A stretch of 34,705 bases of DNA, from positions 1 through 34,705 of IMG/VR virus record IMGVR_UViG_3300020045_021233, one strand, 5' to 3'. The notes under the pieces are model-generated. The model was not told where the DNA came from, did no database searches, and worked only from the letters and a program-made list of their open reading frames with translations. A program made the position numbers and the translations under genes. The number at the start of each line of letters is the position of its first letter. The first letter of the stretch is position 1. Shown here piece after piece: positions 33,085 to 34,705 of the stretch. This DNA is from a virus. Lineage: Duplodnaviria; Caudoviricetes.

Positions 33085-34580
33085 TGTCAGAAGCTTATAA
33101 AAATATACAACCGGTCAAAGTAGAGAAAACAGTTCTAGTTGACTTTCAAAAAGGTAGAATGCCTCCACATGCAACTGACTTAGAAGAAGCTATTCTGGGT
33201 GCAATGCTAATCGATAGAAAAGGTGCTGAAGATTGTTTGTTGGTACTAAAAGATAGTTCGGTATTTTATAAAGATAATCATAAATATATTTTTGAAGCTA
33301 TTCAAGATTTGTATAATAAAGCCGAACCAATTGATATGCTTACAGTTTCTTCTAGATTAAAATCTATGGGTAAACTTCAAGATGCTGGTGGTGATTTTTA
33401 TCTAATTGAGTTATCACAAAAGGTTTCTTCTTCTGCTCACATTGAATATCATTCTAGAATAGTGATGCAGAAGTATGTTCAGCGTGCTATGATACGTGAT
33501 TGTAGTGAATTGATTTCTAAAGCTTACGATGAATCGACTGATATTTTTGATTTGATTGATGAAGCTAATTCTAAAATAACTAACCTACAGGAGCAAACTA
33601 ACGTTGGTGTTCAAGATATGACTATCACTGAAGCATTGGATGTTATTGAAAAGAAAGTTGAATTACTTTCAAAAAAAGATGCTGATGAAATATCTGGAGT
33701 TTATACCGGATTCAAGAAAGTTGATTTGATTACATCTGGCTTTCAACCTACAGATTTAATTGTTATTGCTGCACGTCCAGGAATGGGTAAAACTTCTTTA
33801 GTGATGAAAACTATGTTGGCCAATGCTTTGAAGGGTATTGATGGTGGATTTATATCACTTGAAATGAGTACTGTTCAATTAGTTACTAGAATGATTGCAT
33901 GTAATTCACACTTTCATTTGAATCAGTTATTCCGAACTGGATTTGAACATAAGAAATACTTTGAGCAGTTTGCAGCAAAGAAGTATGAAATGCAAAAGTA
34001 TGGTGTTCACTTCGATGATAGATCACGTGAGTTGTTTGATATAGTTGCTAAGATACGTTTGTGGAAAAGAAAGTTTGATATTAAGTATGTGATTATAGAT
34101 TATCTACAGATTATGAGTTTTAAATCTTTAGGTAAGAATTCATTGCGTGAGCAGGAAATATCGATGGCAACACGAACGCTTAAAGCATTGGCTAAAGAAT
34201 TAAATATACCAGTGATTTTATTATCACAGTTATCACGTGATGTTGAAAGTCGTGGTAGTTCTAAGCGCCCACAATTAAAAGATTTACGTGAATCTGGTGC
34301 GATTGAACAGGATGCTGATATGGTGGCATTTATATATCGTCCAGAGTATTACGGTATTGAGCCAGATGATGAGTTACTTGCGATGGGTGCTAATACAGAA
34401 TTTATAATTGCTAAACATCGTAATGGTTCGCTGGATATAAAAGGATTGTATTTCGATAAGAACAAAACAAAGTTCATGGATCCAGATGAGTTAGAAGAAA
34501 GTAATCAGCATGATGTTGAAATGAATAATCAACTTACAAATGATGTACCAAAGATTAATCCTTCGGATGCATTCACATAA
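33084..34580 (+). CDS. dnaB: Replicative DNA helicase (last codons probably chimeric)
   Basis: PPH..DLEEAILGAMLID, ARPGMGKT, SLEM, IDYLQ, LSQLSR, DLRESGAIEQDAD, IAKHRNG. Confidence 0.95.
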   Translation: MSEAYKNIQPVKVEKTVLVDFQKGRMPPHATDLEEAILGAMLIDRKGAEDCLLVLKDSSVFYKDNHKYIFEAIQDLYNKAEPIDMLTVSSRLKSMGKLQDAGGDFYLIELSQKVSSSAHIEYHSRIVMQKYVQRAMIRDCSELISKAYDESTDIFDLIDEANSKITNLQEQTNVGVQDMTITEALDVIEKKVELLSKKDADEISGVYTGFKKVDLITSGFQPTDLIVIAARPGMGKTSLVMKTMLANALKGIDGGFISLEMSTVQLVTRMIACNSHFHLNQLFRTGFEHKKYFEQFAAKKYEMQKYGVHFDDRSRELFDIVAKIRLWKRKFDIKYVIIDYLQIMSFKSLGKNSLREQEISMATRTLKALAKELNIPVILLSQLSRDVESRGSSKRPQLKDLRESGAIEQDADMVAFIYRPEYYGIEPDDELLAMGANTEFIIAKHRNGSLDIKGLYFDKNKTKFMDPDELEESNQHDVEMNNQLTNDVPKINPSDAFT

Positions 34581-34703
34581 TGTTTGAATGTTATTATCAT
34601 CTAACTTTGCGCCACCTGCATTAATCGGAATGATATGATCCGCAACAGTTCCAACAACAGTTAAATCTTTTTTCAAACATTCAGCACACAAAGGAAATTT
34701 TAT
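34572..34703 (-). pseudogene. Fragment of HNH endonuclease (HK97 gp74-like), inverted
   Basis: FPLCAEC...VADHIIPI..GG..LD..NIQTLCE; truncated before the CH..K end. Confidence 0.75.
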
Positions 34704-34705
34704 CT

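Noticed and set aside
1341-34580. Alternative genetic code (stop recoding) as seen in some Bacteroidota phages
   Set aside because: Core genes are full length in the standard code, and TAG/TGA act as normal stops
5609-34691. Many short antisense ORFs in the track (e.g. 5609, 8728, 15674, 17306, 21156, 24156, 29994)
   Set aside because: They lie opposite well-supported genes and have no recognisable motifs

Overview
Most of this window (about 1341-34570) is an AT-rich temperate siphovirus with an HK97-like head. It is probably a phage of Flavobacteriaceae/Bacteroidota: genes lack SD sequences, promoters carry TAnnTTTG-like -7 boxes and DnaB is Bacteroidota-like. Gene order is terS, accessory island, terL, portal, protease, capsid, head-tail genes, tail, SGNH receptor-binding protein, lysis, intact attP (3' half of tRNA-Arg-UCU), integrase, hicBA-like pair, repressor switch, early genes, replication initiator with iterons, and DnaB. 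The highlight is a compact diversity-generating retroelement between terS and terL. One 81-nt template repeat (2618-2698) and a DGR-type reverse transcriptase serve two tandem, small, apparently cytoplasmic paralogues (VRs 2042-2122 and 2429-2509), whose mismatches to the template are almost all at template adenines. It has no recognisable Avd, an inverted repeat enclosing the template, and an overlapping 102-aa candidate accessory gene. Other notable items are a permuted or split SGNH esterase in the tail protein, a hicBA cassette inserted by duplicating the integrase 3' end, a 24-nt palindromic promoter motif present three times, and a PAPS-reductase-like gene frameshifted in an A9 run. Both ends look like amplification or assembly chimeras: 1-1340 is a fold-back fragment of another phage's tail module, and the last ~135 nt are an inverted HNH fragment. 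All calls come from reading motifs by eye; no searches were run.
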